Part shown: in pieces, positions 1-12,558 of the stretch
Layout of the letters: each line of letters opens with the position of its first letter
Position numbering within the stretch: the stretch's first letter is position 1
DNA from: Lytechinus pictus
Lineage: Eukaryota
Assembly: GCF_037042905.1 (NCBI RefSeq)
Contig: NC_087250.1
Span: forward strand, 6,264,001-6,328,000
Reading direction: 5' to 3'
DNA: 64,000 nt
Program-made: the position numbers and the translations under genes
Notes under the pieces: model-generated
The model's database searches: none
The model's input: only the letters and a program-made list of their open reading frames with translations
Told to the model about the DNA's origin: nothing

Positions 1-335
1 CGGATTTTCCTCGCTCGTAGTCAAAATTCATCTGGACAGCTGTTTGGCTGCATATTATATATAAAAAAGGGAGCAATAAAGTATATCATTACAAATATAT
101 ACGTCTATTACATCACAAAGTCCCCTCCCCCTCTCTCTCTTTAACTGGTCATAATTTTAACATTAGAACATCGCAAGAGCAGCTCATTACAATATTTGTC
201 ACAATAATATTGTCGTTACCTATAATTATGATAATAAAAAGAACTTTAAACCTAAGGCACTTGGTTCACATCTGAATGATGTATTATGGTTTATTATCAT
301 TCCCGTTATGAATTTCTATTTTCTATGCAATTCAG

Positions 336-384
336 AACTCTTGATAGATGGCAATTCGACTTTGATACCGCGAAAGGTGTTCAG
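336..384 (+). CDS. Internal coding exon of NLR-type gene 1 (gene begins before the window)
   Basis: Pyrimidine-rich ...ttcag acceptor and CAG|gtgagc donor; 49 nt = 1 + 16 codons (TLDRWQFDFDTAKGVQ), ending in phase 0 and matching the phase-0 start of the 12936 exon. Short, so support is mainly splice signals and phase. Confidence 0.55.
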
Positions 385-622
385 GTGAGCATAGGTGTAT
401 TATGTGGTTGTATATTATTTGTGTAACTTGCTTGTTGCTATATAACTGTAACATTATCAGGGGCGGATCTAGCTTTCACAAATAGAAGGGGGATATTTGT
501 GATTATTAAAAAAATCTTAATCATTTTGTTTTCCTCCTTAATGAAATAAAACAACGTTTGCTTCTCTATATATTCATTACTGTCCCAGGGGGAATCGGTA
601 CTTAGAAAAGAAAATCCGTGAC

Positions 623-3600
623 ATTGATTGATTGATTGATTGCATTTATTCTTTTTCATTCCAAATTTTAACAAAAGTTACAATGTATAGTAAAACACAA
701 AATATAATATACAGAAATGAAAAAAGGGAACCCACTGGAAAGCAAAGCTTGTTATTATGGGTTCCCTGCAATAAATAGTTGATTAAAGTATGTAATTGAT
801 CAGTGAAATTCAAATCGTAAATTAAAAAGGTTTATACAATGAAAAAGAATACTACTGGGGTCAAGCTTTTTATGTGTACTGTGTTAAAATTGACAAAAAA
901 TATTATATTATACCCCTGCTGTATAAAAACAAACCATGAGTTCAGGAGTGTATGAACAAACAATCACTTGGAAAAGACAGAACGAATACTAAAAACAAAA
1001 CAAAGACAAAAACAAAAACAAAGAAGGCACGCAAACCACAACAGGACAAGACAGCAAAAAAGGGAACAGAAACAAAACAAAACACACTACAAAACATAGA
1101 CAAACAGGAAAATAAGAAAAGCAACAGAACTAGACATTAAAGGTGATAGGAAGAGAGAGAGAACAAAAGAAATATAAGAGGGAGGAGGAAAGAGAAGAAA
1201 GAAGAAAATAAGAAGGGAAGAAGAAGAAGATGTGGTAGCTGCTTACACAGAAATGTTTGAGTTCTGGGGTTTATACCCAAGAATAAGAATTTTCTTTAAC
1301 CCTCGACTGAAACTTAAATGTGTTGGTTTGTTACGTAATGATTCTGTAAGAGAGTTCCAAAGTTTGATACCTGTAAAAATAAATGTTTTATTCAAAAGGA
1401 TGGTTCTAGCTCTTGGTGGATGAAAGAGCCCGGCGGACCTAGTAGGATAATGATGAATATCGACATTTTTAGTAAACATGGAATAAAATATATTTGGAAG
1501 TTCATTTTTATCTAAACTATACATGAGTTTTCCGAGATTGTATCGATACAAGTCACCAATCTTCAAAATATTATATTTATAGAAAAGTTCGTCAGTGTGT
1601 GAACGAAAATCTGCATGACAAATAATACGAATAGCCTTTTTCTGCAAAAGTAAAATTCTGTTCAGGAGGCAGTCAGCACAATTCCCCCATGCTGTTATAC
1701 CGTAGTTTAAATGAGGCAGGATCAAAGTTGAATACAAATTAAATAGTATATGAGTGGGAAAGAAAAATTTTACTTTGTTTATAATACCAATATTTCTCGA
1801 AATAATTTTACAAATGTGATCAACGTGTTCTTTCCAGGAAAGATTATTATCAATGGTTACCCCAAGAAATTTAGTACTGCCAACTCTTTGTAAATTAGTA
1901 TTTTCGAAAATTATATTACCTGGAAGTTCATCTATGATATTACTAAAGAGCATATAATTTGTTTTTTGGAGATTAAGGGATAGTTTATTAGCTTTGATCC
2001 ATTCAGATACATGTACTAGTTCGTGGTTAATGGTGGCAAGCAAATGGCGTGGATCCTTATGGGAGAAAAAAATATTAGAATCGTCAGCAAACAGAAGAAA
2101 GGATAAATTATTGGAGGACTTACAAAAATCATTTATGTATATAAGAAAAAGTAGGGGACCCAAAATAGAGCCTTGCGGAACCCCACAAGTAACAAGTTTT
2201 GTTTCGGAATTAAAGTTTTCGAAAGAGACAAATTGTTTTCTATTGTCTAGGTAGTTCCTGAACCACTCCAAGGCTATTCCCCTGACTCCATAGTAATTAA
2301 GTTTGTGTAGTAAAATGTCATGATTAATGGTATCAAAAGCCTTGGAGAAGTCCAGGAACACCCCAACAGTATGTTGAAACTTGTCGATTCCGCTGGCAAT
2401 CTTATCAACTATTGTTAATAATGCATGTGTAGTATTATGATGTTCACGAAAACCAAATTGTAAGGGATAAAATAAATCATGCAAATTAAAGAATTTCGTC
2501 GTACGAACAAATATCAATTTTTCAAGTACTTTAGACAAACAGGTCAGCAGTGATATGGGTCGATAATTACCTAACGCAGTACTGTCACCTTTTTTAAATA
2601 CAGGTATAACTCGAGCTAGTTTCAGAGATGAAGGAACAATCCCAGTAGACATACATAAATTATAGATATATGCCAAGGGTTTAACAATGGTATTACAATT
2701 CTTTTTTAACAAAATGTTATTGATGCCATCATGCCCCGAGCTTTGCTTGTTTTTTAAGCCATGAATTATATCCGCAATTTCTGCCTCATCTGTAGGAGAA
2801 AAATATATTGAATGTGGGTTGGGGTCATGGAGAAAATCAGTAAAATGTTTTGTAGAGTCTGGAATGAGTCTGGCAAGATTTGGACCGATACTGGAAAAAT
2901 AATCATTGAAAGTGTTGGCTAAAGTAAGTGGATTTTCTATTATTTCGCCATCAACATTTATTTTTGAAACAATATATTTTTTTGAATTACCATGCAAAAC
3001 ATTCTTGATTATTTTCCAGGTATTTTGTATATCATTTTTGAATAATTGAAACTGATTGAAAAAATATTTTTTTTTACTTTTCCTAAGTATACCAGTAAGA
3101 ATGTTCTTGTAATCTTTGTACTTTTTCTTGTTTTTATCACATGGTTTAACAATTGATTTCAAATAAAGATTATTCTTCCTGTTAATGGATCGTAAAATAC
3201 CCTTGGAGACCCATGGGGACCTTGGAATCTTTTTGTAGTTAGATCTTTTTTTTCGGATTAAAGGAAAACAATGATCCATCTTAGAAGATGTTATGCTCAT
3301 GAATGATTCAAAGGCATCATTTGCATTTTCTATAGTGTAGATTCCAGACCAGTCTGTGTTTTCTAGCTCTTGCATAAAGTGTTCTATATTGTTTTCAGAA
3401 AAATCACGTTGTATGTGAAAAGCCGAGTTCGCCGAAAAATCATTATTGAGTTGGAAATGGAGGAATATTGGAAAATGGTCAGATAGATCGGAGAGAATTA
3501 TGCCAGATGACAGCGCATGTCGTACATTCGTAAAGACATTATCAATAAGACTAGCCGAGTTAGTAGAAATTCTGGTAGGTTTAGTAATTGCTGGTAAAAA

Positions 3601-4580
3601 ACCCGCAGTAAGAAATGAATCCATGAATTTTTGTATAAATGCATCTGAATCATATTTTAAGAGGTCTGCATTAAAATCCCCTAGTAAAAAGCAGTTTTTA
3701 TGAAGCATGATGGGGTGATTTAATAATTCATTGAAATTGTTTAAAAAGTCATCACGAAGATAGTTTGGAGGTCTGTAAATAACCCCGATTACAATGTTTT
3801 TGTCATTTGGAATAACTACTTCAATAAATAAACTTTCTATAGAATTATTCATGCGATTCAATTCTGGCCTCAGCCTATACTCGTACCGTTCAGAAATAAA
3901 CAAACATATACCGCCACCTGTTTTTTCTGTCCTGTTATTCGTAATCAAATTATAGCCAGGAAGTGAATAAAAAGTTAAATCAGTTTCAGAAGTAAACCAG
4001 GTTTCTGACAGACCTATAACTGAACAGTTGAGTTTGGAATTAAGTAAAAGGGAATGCAAAGCATCAAAGTTTTTATTGGCACTGCGAATATTGCAATGTA
4101 ACATTAAAAAATCATCTTTACTGTTGTTTGAATGTTTACTTGCAACCTGACTTTCTGAATAATAATAGGAAGGTGCATGCTGATAGGTACTATCGTTTGG
4201 ATCGGAGACAGAATCAAGATTCTTGTTTTGGAAGTTCATGGACTGGGCGACGAAATTGTGAAAAGCTTTATTTGAATTTTCATTAAAATTGGTATCTCGA
4301 TCAGACTGAAAAGCGTCGTATAATTCATCATTATCCAAGTAGTGAAATGGAGCATTTGTGTTAGCAGCCATAGTTAAGGAAAGAAAAGTGGAATAGAATG
4401 TGAAGAACAGTTACACAAAAACAAGACAAAACAGGACACACAGTAACACATGAACAATCACACAAAAAGGCAAACAACGAGAAAAAACGGCAAATATGCT
4501 TGATTGGCGGCAAAAAACATTACATCAGGCATTTGCCAGCTACCCCTAAATAACAAATAAAAAGAAACCAAAAAAAAAAA
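623..4580 (-). mobile_element. CR1/L2-group non-LTR retrotransposon, antisense in an intron of NLR gene 1
   Basis: ORF2 plus 3' UTR with stem AGGGAACCCA (725-734)/TGGGTTCCCT (758-767), minus-strand AATAAA (645-650) and (CAAT)n tail (623-642). 5' boundary approximate; no ORF1 recognised. Confidence 0.9.
1243..4371 (-). CDS. LINE ORF2: APE endonuclease + reverse transcriptase (CR1/L2 group), uninterrupted 1042 aa
   Basis: APE motifs HCNIRS, GLSETW, YRPP, GDFN, IDNVF, SDHFPI; RT motifs YRPISLL, FLDFSKAFDT, GVPQGSILGPLLF, FADD, KFLGV; C-terminal KLWNSL. Confidence 0.97.
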   Translation of the reverse strand: MAANTNAPFHYLDNDELYDAFQSDRDTNFNENSNKAFHNFVAQSMNFQNKNLDSVSDPNDSTYQHAPSYYYSESQVASKHSNNSKDDFLMLHCNIRSANKNFDALHSLLLNSKLNCSVIGLSETWFTSETDLTFYSLPGYNLITNNRTEKTGGGICLFISERYEYRLRPELNRMNNSIESLFIEVVIPNDKNIVIGVIYRPPNYLRDDFLNNFNELLNHPIMLHKNCFLLGDFNADLLKYDSDAFIQKFMDSFLTAGFLPAITKPTRISTNSASLIDNVFTNVRHALSSGIILSDLSDHFPIFLHFQLNNDFSANSAFHIQRDFSENNIEHFMQELENTDWSGIYTIENANDAFESFMSITSSKMDHCFPLIRKKRSNYKKIPRSPWVSKGILRSINRKNNLYLKSIVKPCDKNKKKYKDYKNILTGILRKSKKKYFFNQFQLFKNDIQNTWKIIKNVLHGNSKKYIVSKINVDGEIIENPLTLANTFNDYFSSIGPNLARLIPDSTKHFTDFLHDPNPHSIYFSPTDEAEIADIIHGLKNKQSSGHDGINNILLKKNCNTIVKPLAYIYNLCMSTGIVPSSLKLARVIPVFKKGDSTALGNYRPISLLTCLSKVLEKLIFVRTTKFFNLHDLFYPLQFGFREHHNTTHALLTIVDKIASGIDKFQHTVGVFLDFSKAFDTINHDILLHKLNYYGVRGIALEWFRNYLDNRKQFVSFENFNSETKLVTCGVPQGSILGPLLFLIYINDFCKSSNNLSFLLFADDSNIFFSHKDPRHLLATINHELVHVSEWIKANKLSLNLQKTNYMLFSNIIDELPGNIIFENTNLQRVGSTKFLGVTIDNNLSWKEHVDHICKIISRNIGIINKVKFFFPTHILFNLYSTLILPHLNYGITAWGNCADCLLNRILLLQKKAIRIICHADFRSHTDELFYKYNILKIGDLYRYNLGKLMYSLDKNELPNIFYSMFTKNVDIHHYPTRSAGLFHPPRARTILLNKTFIFTGIKLWNSLTESLRNKPTHLSFSRGLKKILILGYKPQNSNISV

Positions 4581-5848
4581 AACCAGATCCGAACGGGAAT
4601 CTCAAACAAACCGATGACATATCATGACCTTTTGGAATTGGTCACCATGGTTCAGGAACCAAAAAGAAATATACATCCCGGTTGAGAAAGTCCTCACAGT
4701 TGAATTACAACCTAACCCAATTCTATCACAAGAATCAAGATGTTTAACATTCATTCAAATAATGAGAGATGAACTTAATAGAATTTGAGCATGCATGCTT
4801 AGCATAAAGTCTGCACAGACCTTCAACAGATTATAATAAAGTGCGTCATTCAGAACCCAACAATTTAGGCAACAATCAAATGTAAAAAAAATCCCGCATT
4901 GCTCGTGATTGTAAAGAATTCAAATCATAATCACATAGTAATTTCGTTGCCATGTCGTACAGAGCAATTAATAGCGAAATAATGGGTGCCGTACATATAA
5001 ACTTGTCATTGCTATGGCCGTCCGATGCAACATAAATACGGCAAGGAACCGAACCACACAGGAGCATGAGCAAACCCAGCACCCCTTGTATTATGAGCAA
5101 GAAAAAAATGATTTAAAGGGATAGAAAATGCTTGGATGTTCCAGGTATGATTGACGCACTGAGTTGGCCTACACACAAAAAAAAAATTATACAACGCTGT
5201 TCACCATATGAACCACACAGCAATCGCTCAACAAGTGTTTAAATCATAAGCAACAAAGTAAGTTTTCAATATATGATCTTCATTAAATTAAACATAATTG
5301 TCTAAAAGGTTTAATGAACATTGTAAGGCTCACATAGGAAACAGCGCCGCATAAAATCTTAAGGAGCGTTTATACTGTGTAATAACATCATGCATTATAT
5401 TCAAATTTTAAAAACACAAGATCAAATAATCCCTCAGACGATCATTAAAATAAATTCTAATGAAATGACGAAAGCAGCTCTCTGTGGTAAATGTAGATAA
5501 TAGATTTAAATTATACACCATTTTTATGATACTTAAAATTATATGAAATACAACTCGCTATGTTATGCCTAAAGAAAGGCATGAAAGAAGGTCGAGGCTC
5601 GTTTGCAGCGTAAATGAAAACGTTGATTCAATCTCTAAGTCGTATTTCAGTCAACATATGATATAACATGGTAAAAATAGGTTTTATAATAGATTTTCAG
5701 TGTCATTTTGATGATATATGATGTGAGAGAACTTCCAGAAGGGGGAAGAAATTCCATGTGATCGATTAATCTTCTGTACCACCTCATATTAAAGTTAATC
5801 ATAACATCTGGGAAAAACTATTTGCTCGGCAATGTGGCCGGTACAGTA

Positions 5849-6098
5849 CACAGTAAAAAATATACAGAAAAAATATACAAAAAATTATACAAAAAATATA
5901 CAACAAAATATACAACGCTGTTCACCATACGAACCCTGCAGCAAATTGTTTAAACAGTTTAAACAAGTGTTTTAAGTTTAATTTTCAATATTTAATTTTC
6001 AATAAATTAAACATGATTGTTTAAATGGCCAAACAAACGCTGCAAGGTCCATACGGTAAACAGCGCCGTATAAAATCTTAAACAGCGTTTTTACGGTG
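5849..6098. mobile_element. MITE with CAC-type ends (EnSpm/CACTA-like), TA flanks; decayed sister copy at ~5172-5380
   Basis: TA|CACAGTAAAAA ... TTTTTACGGTG|TA; internal sequence shared with 5190-5380. Confidence 0.7.
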
Positions 6099-8045
6099 TA
6101 TTATTCAATACAAGGTAAGGGAAACTAAGAGAATATAAACTCTGAAAGAAATTTGAACAACATCTGCTAAAAATACTGGCTTTAAGACCAATAAACAACC
6201 ATCAATCAGAAGAACATTAGAACTTATCTCCAGTATCAATTTGGAAATGATTAGCCATGTGGAGATAAAGACCTAAAGAAACAATATTCAACAATTAAAC
6301 TATTTTCATGAAAAAACCCCAGCCTTTCTACAACATCAAGGAAACCTGCCTATGAAAAGCTTGACCCCTGCTATTGAAAGAATGGAGTTGATGTGGCATA
6401 TTAAACATGCTAAAGAGACCATCGTCCTGTACATTTAAACCAACCTCAAGCATAAGTTAGGTATTCTGTAGTATGAAGACACGCATAATAAAAAAAAAAA
6501 TCCACAGGGATCCGTATTAGACACCAACAGATGAAAACATATGTATTTTAAAAAATGTATTTGCCATAAAATAGGAGTGAACATTTTTATGTTAAAAAAA
6601 AATTAATTTATTTCTACAGTATCATTTCATCCTTGTCGCCATAGGAAACAAAATTGGCCCCTATATGTGGCAGTATGGTTTTTACATCACAAGAAACTAC
6701 CTTTTAGAAAAACCTTGTAATTCAAATCGAAGGTTATTTCAGAAGTATTTTTTGAGTAAGGATACACATCTACAGTTGATAAATATCTATTATCAAAACC
6801 AGACACCGCCTATGGGACCAGCTTCAAAATAGCTGCACTGGGTAGTGTTTGTTTACTGAGGAAATAAAAATGGCAGAACCATTTAAAATAAATCGTTCAA
6901 TCAAGTGACCTTAATTCTGTAGCATTTCACTTCAAATATCAAATAAGGAAATAATTAAGTGTAATAATGACAGTAAGTGACCGGTAGGTTTAAAAAGAAA
7001 GAAAGAAAGAAAAGAGTCGTTCTACTCATACAAGCGGAGTAAAATGTTTCTTTTAGCAAAGTAGCAGATATAATTTGCATGAGAGCAATACATAAAAAGT
7101 TTATTTTATCTTACCGAATTAATTACTTAGGAATAAATTGAATGGGAACTATCATCCTGTACATTCTTATTCCAAAACTACATATTCGTTTCGACTCTTG
7201 TGTAAAGAAAAAATGTTACACATTAATACAAACTCAAAACATCAGTTTCGAAATAGTTCCAAAGTGAAAAGTACAAACTTGCTGAAAAGACCTTTCTTTC
7301 CCCTTTCTTTTTTAAAGATGAGGATCAGGTTTGAAAAAAAATACAACGGACATAGTCAGCGGCATAAAAAAATAAAAAAATTAGATATTAACAAAGTTCC
7401 TGTGTAATGCCAAAATGAAGTTAGGTGTATTGACAGTTACATGAAGAATGTATTTTTTATAGCAACGATGAACTTCATGCTTCAATTGAGAAATTAAAAT
7501 GAAATATCATGTAGCCATATTCCTGTCTTCTGTTGTAGCATCGAATGGGCTCAAACTTCAATCCGAGTATAACTTTTTTGTAGAATGTAGGTTTCATCTC
7601 GACTGAAATATAAGATGAGCAATTTTCAGAGGCCCAGAAATTTCCTGTCATGAATGAGCTGAAATAACTTTTTCTACAGAATCAGAACATTAGCTTTCGC
7701 AAAGGTAGCAGTAAACAGGTAGATTCCAAATATTGATATACATAGCATATGATTAAACTGTCCCTTCTAAATGTCATACTTTATTTACCAAGTTGCCGAT
7801 TCGAAATTTAAATGGCCTCACCTATCTCAATTTTAAAACAGCCAGAAATTTCCGGTTACTTCTATATAATTAGTTCACTTTTTTAGCTGAATTGAAAATC
7901 GGACATTCAAAGCACCGTTTGAAATCACAAAGAGGATAAAAATCACACTTAACAAATAATTCGAGCGTGAAGCATGAGTAGATTTAAAAGAAAAATCAGT
8001 TATGAATATTGAATATTTAAGCATATTTTTTTAACAGAAAGTAAT

Positions 8046-8560
8046 AACAAGTCGAATGCATCTGGCTGTCTGGCATGCATTATGCGATATTGCAACAGTG
8101 CTGACTTTGAAAACAGTTATTGAAAAATTATTCACAAAAGAAAGCTTTAATATGATAATAAAATAATATTTCCGTTGACCCAACATGATCTTTGACCAAA
8201 ATCATGTGACCTAAGACGTGTTCAAAACATACTTGATAACCCTTATGTATATGTTTAATGTGTAGATCCATAATTGTTCAAAGTTATGATGCCAATTAGA
8301 AAATACCCCGAACACGGCCCAAGTATATTGACCCTAAATTACCTTTGGTCTTAATCATGTGACCTGAAACATACACATGATTTTAATGGATGGATGGTTA
8401 CTCTTATGTTCAAGTTTCATGAACTAGATCCATAAACTTTTAGAGTTATGACAATTCCACAAATATCCCCAATATTATCAAAGTACGTTGACCCTAAATG
8501 ACATTTAACCTTGGTCATGTGACCTTAAACTCAACAGGAACTTCAGGGATACTCAATTGC
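8046..8560 (+). mobile_element. Truncated Helentron/HINE-like repeat (same family as 47454-48398)
   Basis: Shares aacaagt...gcagtgctgactttgaaaac head and gaccctaaatgac/ggtcatgtgacc subrepeats. Confidence 0.7.
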
Positions 8561-8627
8561 TCTATTTCATAAAAGTAAACGGCTTTGAACGTTTACTGGT
8601 TGCATTAGTATTGCACTTGTTGCACTA

Positions 8628-10187
8628 CAGTGCGTATAAAAAAAAAACCGGGACAGATTTGAAGAGTCAAAAAAAAAATTTGTTTCCAATGATAATGTCT
8701 ATATTTTGATGTTAATATGTGCTCTAGGGTCTTATCATTCGAATGCCATTAACACAATTTAGTTTTCTTCATGCTTGAGGGAACATGGAATATTTTTGTC
8801 TAGGATTAAAAAGAAGGCTTGCGTCAAAATGGCATATAATAATAATAATAATATAGGGTATTTATATTGCGCACATATCCACCTTGTTAGGTGCTCAAGG
8901 CGCTCCTATATTACCCGGCTAAGCTAGGCGTACACAGCGCACACAGCTTCTTGAGGAATTACTTCCTACCGGTACCCATTTACCTCACCTGGGTTGAGGC
9001 ATATAATGATAACAATAATGATCAGACATCTTGCTAATCAGCTGACTTTCTCTTAACCTTTTCATTATCTGTGCCATAATTTTAGAATTATGCTGTCATT
9101 TTTTATTTACATATTTATTTATTTACTTTAATCATTATTTTTTTCACTTAAACCTCTTTTACCTTTCAATTTTCCTTCATGAGTAAGAAAATAAGACTTT
9201 TTGTCAATCCAAGCAAGGAGATTTGCATGATTAATTGGGAAAAACTTGTAATTATTCAAATCCTTTTAAGTGAAACAAATTATGTTATGGTACCTTTAAA
9301 GACATGAAATCAATTTTTCATTCAAGAGGTTATCGATTCCTTTACCAAATTCAATTATATGCTCGACAGGACAAACGGGGAGGAATTAATGTCTTTCAAT
9401 GGCATTGGTGTATTGGGTCAATTTTGAAGGAGCTAGATATGGTAGATCGGGTAAAATGTATTAAAAAGTTGTGAGCGAACGAAGCGAAGCACGCAAATAT
9501 TCCCACTTTTTTATTACAATATCAAATTTTGTGGTAGATTTTGACACAATATTATAAAATAATATCATATTCTACTTTCTATCTTTCTTTTTATTTCCTT
9601 ACTACTTTTTTCTTGGTCATGATTTTTTTTAATTGAGGGGAGGGGAGGGTATATATCGCGAGCCTCCGCTCATCTGTATGGCACTGTTTAAAAGGCACAA
9701 TAATCTTTGTAGCACACAATGAAAGGATTTGAAAAAAAAAATACACGCACTCCCATACTTCGGTTGAAAAAAATGTGTTTGCTTGAAGAAGGAATATTCA
9801 AAGCTAACAGAGAACATATGAAAAAGAAACAACAGAACAATTCAAGCAAAACAATTAGATTTAAAAATGAATTTTGACCGCATAATTCGAAAATTATGGC
9901 AAAGATAATGGAAAGGTTAGGAGGAAGTCTGCTGATTAGAAGGAAATCCGATCACCATTTTTATCATTACATGCCATTTTGGCGCAAGCCTCCTTTTTTA
10001 ATCCCAGACAAAAACATTCTGTGTTCGCTCAAGCATGAACAAAACTAAATTTGTTAATTGCGTTTCAAAGATTAGACCCTAGAGCACATATTAACACCAA
10101 AATATAGACATCATGATTTGAAACAAAAATTGTATAGAATTTTCAAATCTGTCCCGTTTTATTTATATTTTATTTTTATACGCACTG
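8628..10187. mobile_element. Tc1/mariner-type non-autonomous element with long inverted arms
   Basis: TA|CAGTGCGTATAAAAA...GGGACAGATTTGAA at left and TTCAAATCTGTCCC...TTTTTATACGCACTG at right; arms match over ~250 bp. Confidence 0.8.
8841..8997 (-). mobile_element. 5'-truncated SINE inserted in the left arm of the Tc1-type element
   Basis: Reverse complement of the ACCCAGGTGAGGT...ATGGGTACCG core seen in other SINEs here, (TTA)n tail, TSD ggcatataat on both sides. Confidence 0.8.
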
Positions 10188-10284
10188 CAAAATTACGAAA
10201 AGCAATAGGTACTCAATGCACTTTTCAACCAATACAATTTTAATTTGTCATTTTGTGATGACCATATTTGAAATTTATTTTCGT

Positions 10285-10563
10285 GGGTGCATCGTGGTCT
10301 AGTGGTTCTGAGTCTCGCCTTTTCAACAGAGGGTCGTGGGTTCGAATCCTAGCCATGGCGTGTTTTCTTTCAGCAATAAATTTATCCACACTGTGCTGCA
10401 CTCGACCCAGGCGAGGTGAATGGGTACCCGGCAGGATTAATTAATTGAATGCACTGAGCGCCGGTGATGGTAGCTCGAGCTAAAGCCGGGGTATTAATAG
10501 CAAGTGCTTTGTATCCTCAGGCAAAAGAGCTATATAAATCCAGCTATCATTATTATTATTATT
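10285..10563 (+). mobile_element. tRNA-derived SINE
   Basis: A box TGGTCTAGTGG, B box GGTTCGAATCC, core gcactcgacccagg...gaatgggtaccc, (ATT)n tail. Confidence 0.9.
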
Positions 10564-11849
10564 AGAAATTAGCCTTAATATATACATCATATCCTAAGAT
10601 TTTCAGCCCACCCCATGCTTGAAAATGTATTTTATATAAACAAGAGAATAATACGCAGGGGTGCATCCGTTTGTATTAAATTTTGATATAAAATTGATAA
10701 ATCTTTTTCAATAACACATACTTTTATCTTGAAACTTCACACCACGAAAATTTTTGGGGCACACATATTGATATGATATCGTAATCCATTGGAACAGTGA
10801 CATTCGATTTGGTGGAGATTTTTTTAGTAATAAATATATGTATATTGTGAAAGAAATGGATGAAGACAGGGTTGGCACGTCTGAGACGGTGCGTTTTAAA
10901 ACGTTTTAAAACGCGTATTAGAACACCCATTTTTCACATAAAAAGTGTTTTAAAACACGGCACAGGCTTGTGTGTAGTAAATTTGCAAGGATGGGATTTT
11001 AGATGAATGTTTTTTTTTTCATACTTCCATTTCTGAAGTGATGTATTGTTTTCCTCTAACTTTTTAAAACTCTTTCTCAACACCACTCCTTTTTTTATCC
11101 CCCCCCCCTTATTTTGCCTTTCTCCATCTCTTTGTCATGTTTCTTTCTTCCCAGTTCAATTATAAATCTGTAAACACGACAGGGCCACTCCATATCATTC
11201 AAGCCTCTTTTGGAATGCATGCATGTGTATGCAGTTATGATATTACACAACAAGTGCATGTCATACCCCGAATTTCTAAAAACGTGATTCATGTATAAAG
11301 CCAAGATCTGTATCATTATTTTTACTTTTTGTTGATTTAAATTATTGTCAATAATTTCCATTAAAAAAAAAGAAGTAAAAAAAAAAATTCTTACGCAAAT
11401 TTTGTTTCTCCCCCCCCCCTTAATTCACAAGACTCACAATACCCCGGGACTACATGTACATGTATGAGGAATAATTTTAGTGGGACTTTTTAGGGGCATT
11501 CAATTTCCATGCTTTAGTATTTTTTTCGGGAAATATGACTTTTTCTGTTGGAAGTTCACTAACAAATATTGTAATATTCTTTCACTAAATACTCCAAAAA
11601 TGTATTTAAAACGTCAAGAGCTTAATTCAGACTGTATAATTTAATTGATTTACGGAAAATTGCATCATTCGTTGGAAAAAAGTTAAAAAACGATATAAAA
11701 CGTTTTAAAGCATTTTGTTTTTTTGAATAAAAATCTTTTTTTATTTGTTTTATTACAACCCTGGATGAAGAGAAAAATGGTAGGCGTAGCTTAAATCAAG
11801 GATCCCCAGAGCTATCTACCCTTTGGAAAAATTGGTGATGCCGAAAAAA

Positions 11850-11922
11850 TGTCTCTGCCGGGAAAATGAACGCGTGCCCCCAGCTTTGAACGACGGTGCC
11901 TTAACCATTAGACCATAGAGAC
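11850..11922 (-). pseudogene. Degenerate second copy of the TCA tRNA-like gene
   Basis: Same sequence on the minus strand with the same GTTCAAA loop but a damaged T arm/B box. Confidence 0.65.
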
Positions 11923-12218
11923 GGGTTAGTGGCTAGGGCGACCTTGATCCAATTGGCCGTCAGATAGATTTTCGACACCATATCAAATATAATTTCCTTT
12001 GTCATGTTTGTTGGGTATAAGCGGGTTTTTGCACAAAGACAAGCCGCCACGCCTCAGCTATATCAAAGCTTTTTCCGGCATCACCATTTTTTTCCAATTG
12101 GTAGATAGCTTTGGGGAACCTTGAGTTAAGCTATACAAAAGAGTTGCCAAAGCTGCTGTACATGTAAAACGTCACACACACATACACATCACCCACGCAA
12201 ACACACACTCACACATAC

Positions 12219-12270
<52 letters not shown>

Positions 12271-12486
12271 TACAAAGCTGTAGTACATGTATAACTTCAC
12301 ACATTTGTATACTTTCTCCTATACGTGTACTGTATCAAAGCAATAGCTTTGATCCAGCTGAGGCATGGCGGCTTGTCATTGTTCAAAACCCACCTTCACC
12401 CGACAAAGGAAATTACAATTGGTATGGTGTCGAAAATCTGTCTATCTGACGGTCAATCGGATCGGGGTCGCCCTAGCCACTAACCC

Positions 12487-12558
12487 GTCTCTGTGGTCAA
12501 GTGGTTAAGGCACCGGCGTTCAAAGCTGGGGGCCCGGGTTCGATTCCCGGCAGAGACA
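12487..12558 (+). tRNA. tRNA-like gene, anticodon TCA (12520-12522), element-borne
   Basis: Acceptor GTCTCTG/CAGAGAC, D stem GTC/GGC, anticodon stem CCGGC/GCTGG with loop GTTCAAA, 4-nt variable loop, T stem CCGGG/CCCGG with TTCGATT, discriminator A, followed by TTTTTT. Confidence 0.6.

Noticed and set aside
600..4625. TSD for the intact LINE (ccgtgacat vs ccgatgacat)
   Set aside because: Imperfect match and uncertain 5' boundary.
6130..6480. Possible Penelope-like RT remnant (IKHAKETI-like peptide)
   Set aside because: Too degenerate to support without a search.
10285..10360. Functional tRNA genes at SINE heads (also 44468, 54693)
   Set aside because: No terminator after the tRNA part; they continue into SINE core sequence.
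12487..12558. Genuine selenocysteine tRNA
   Set aside because: Has a 7/5 fold and 4-nt variable loop, not the 9/4 fold and long variable arm of tRNA-Sec.
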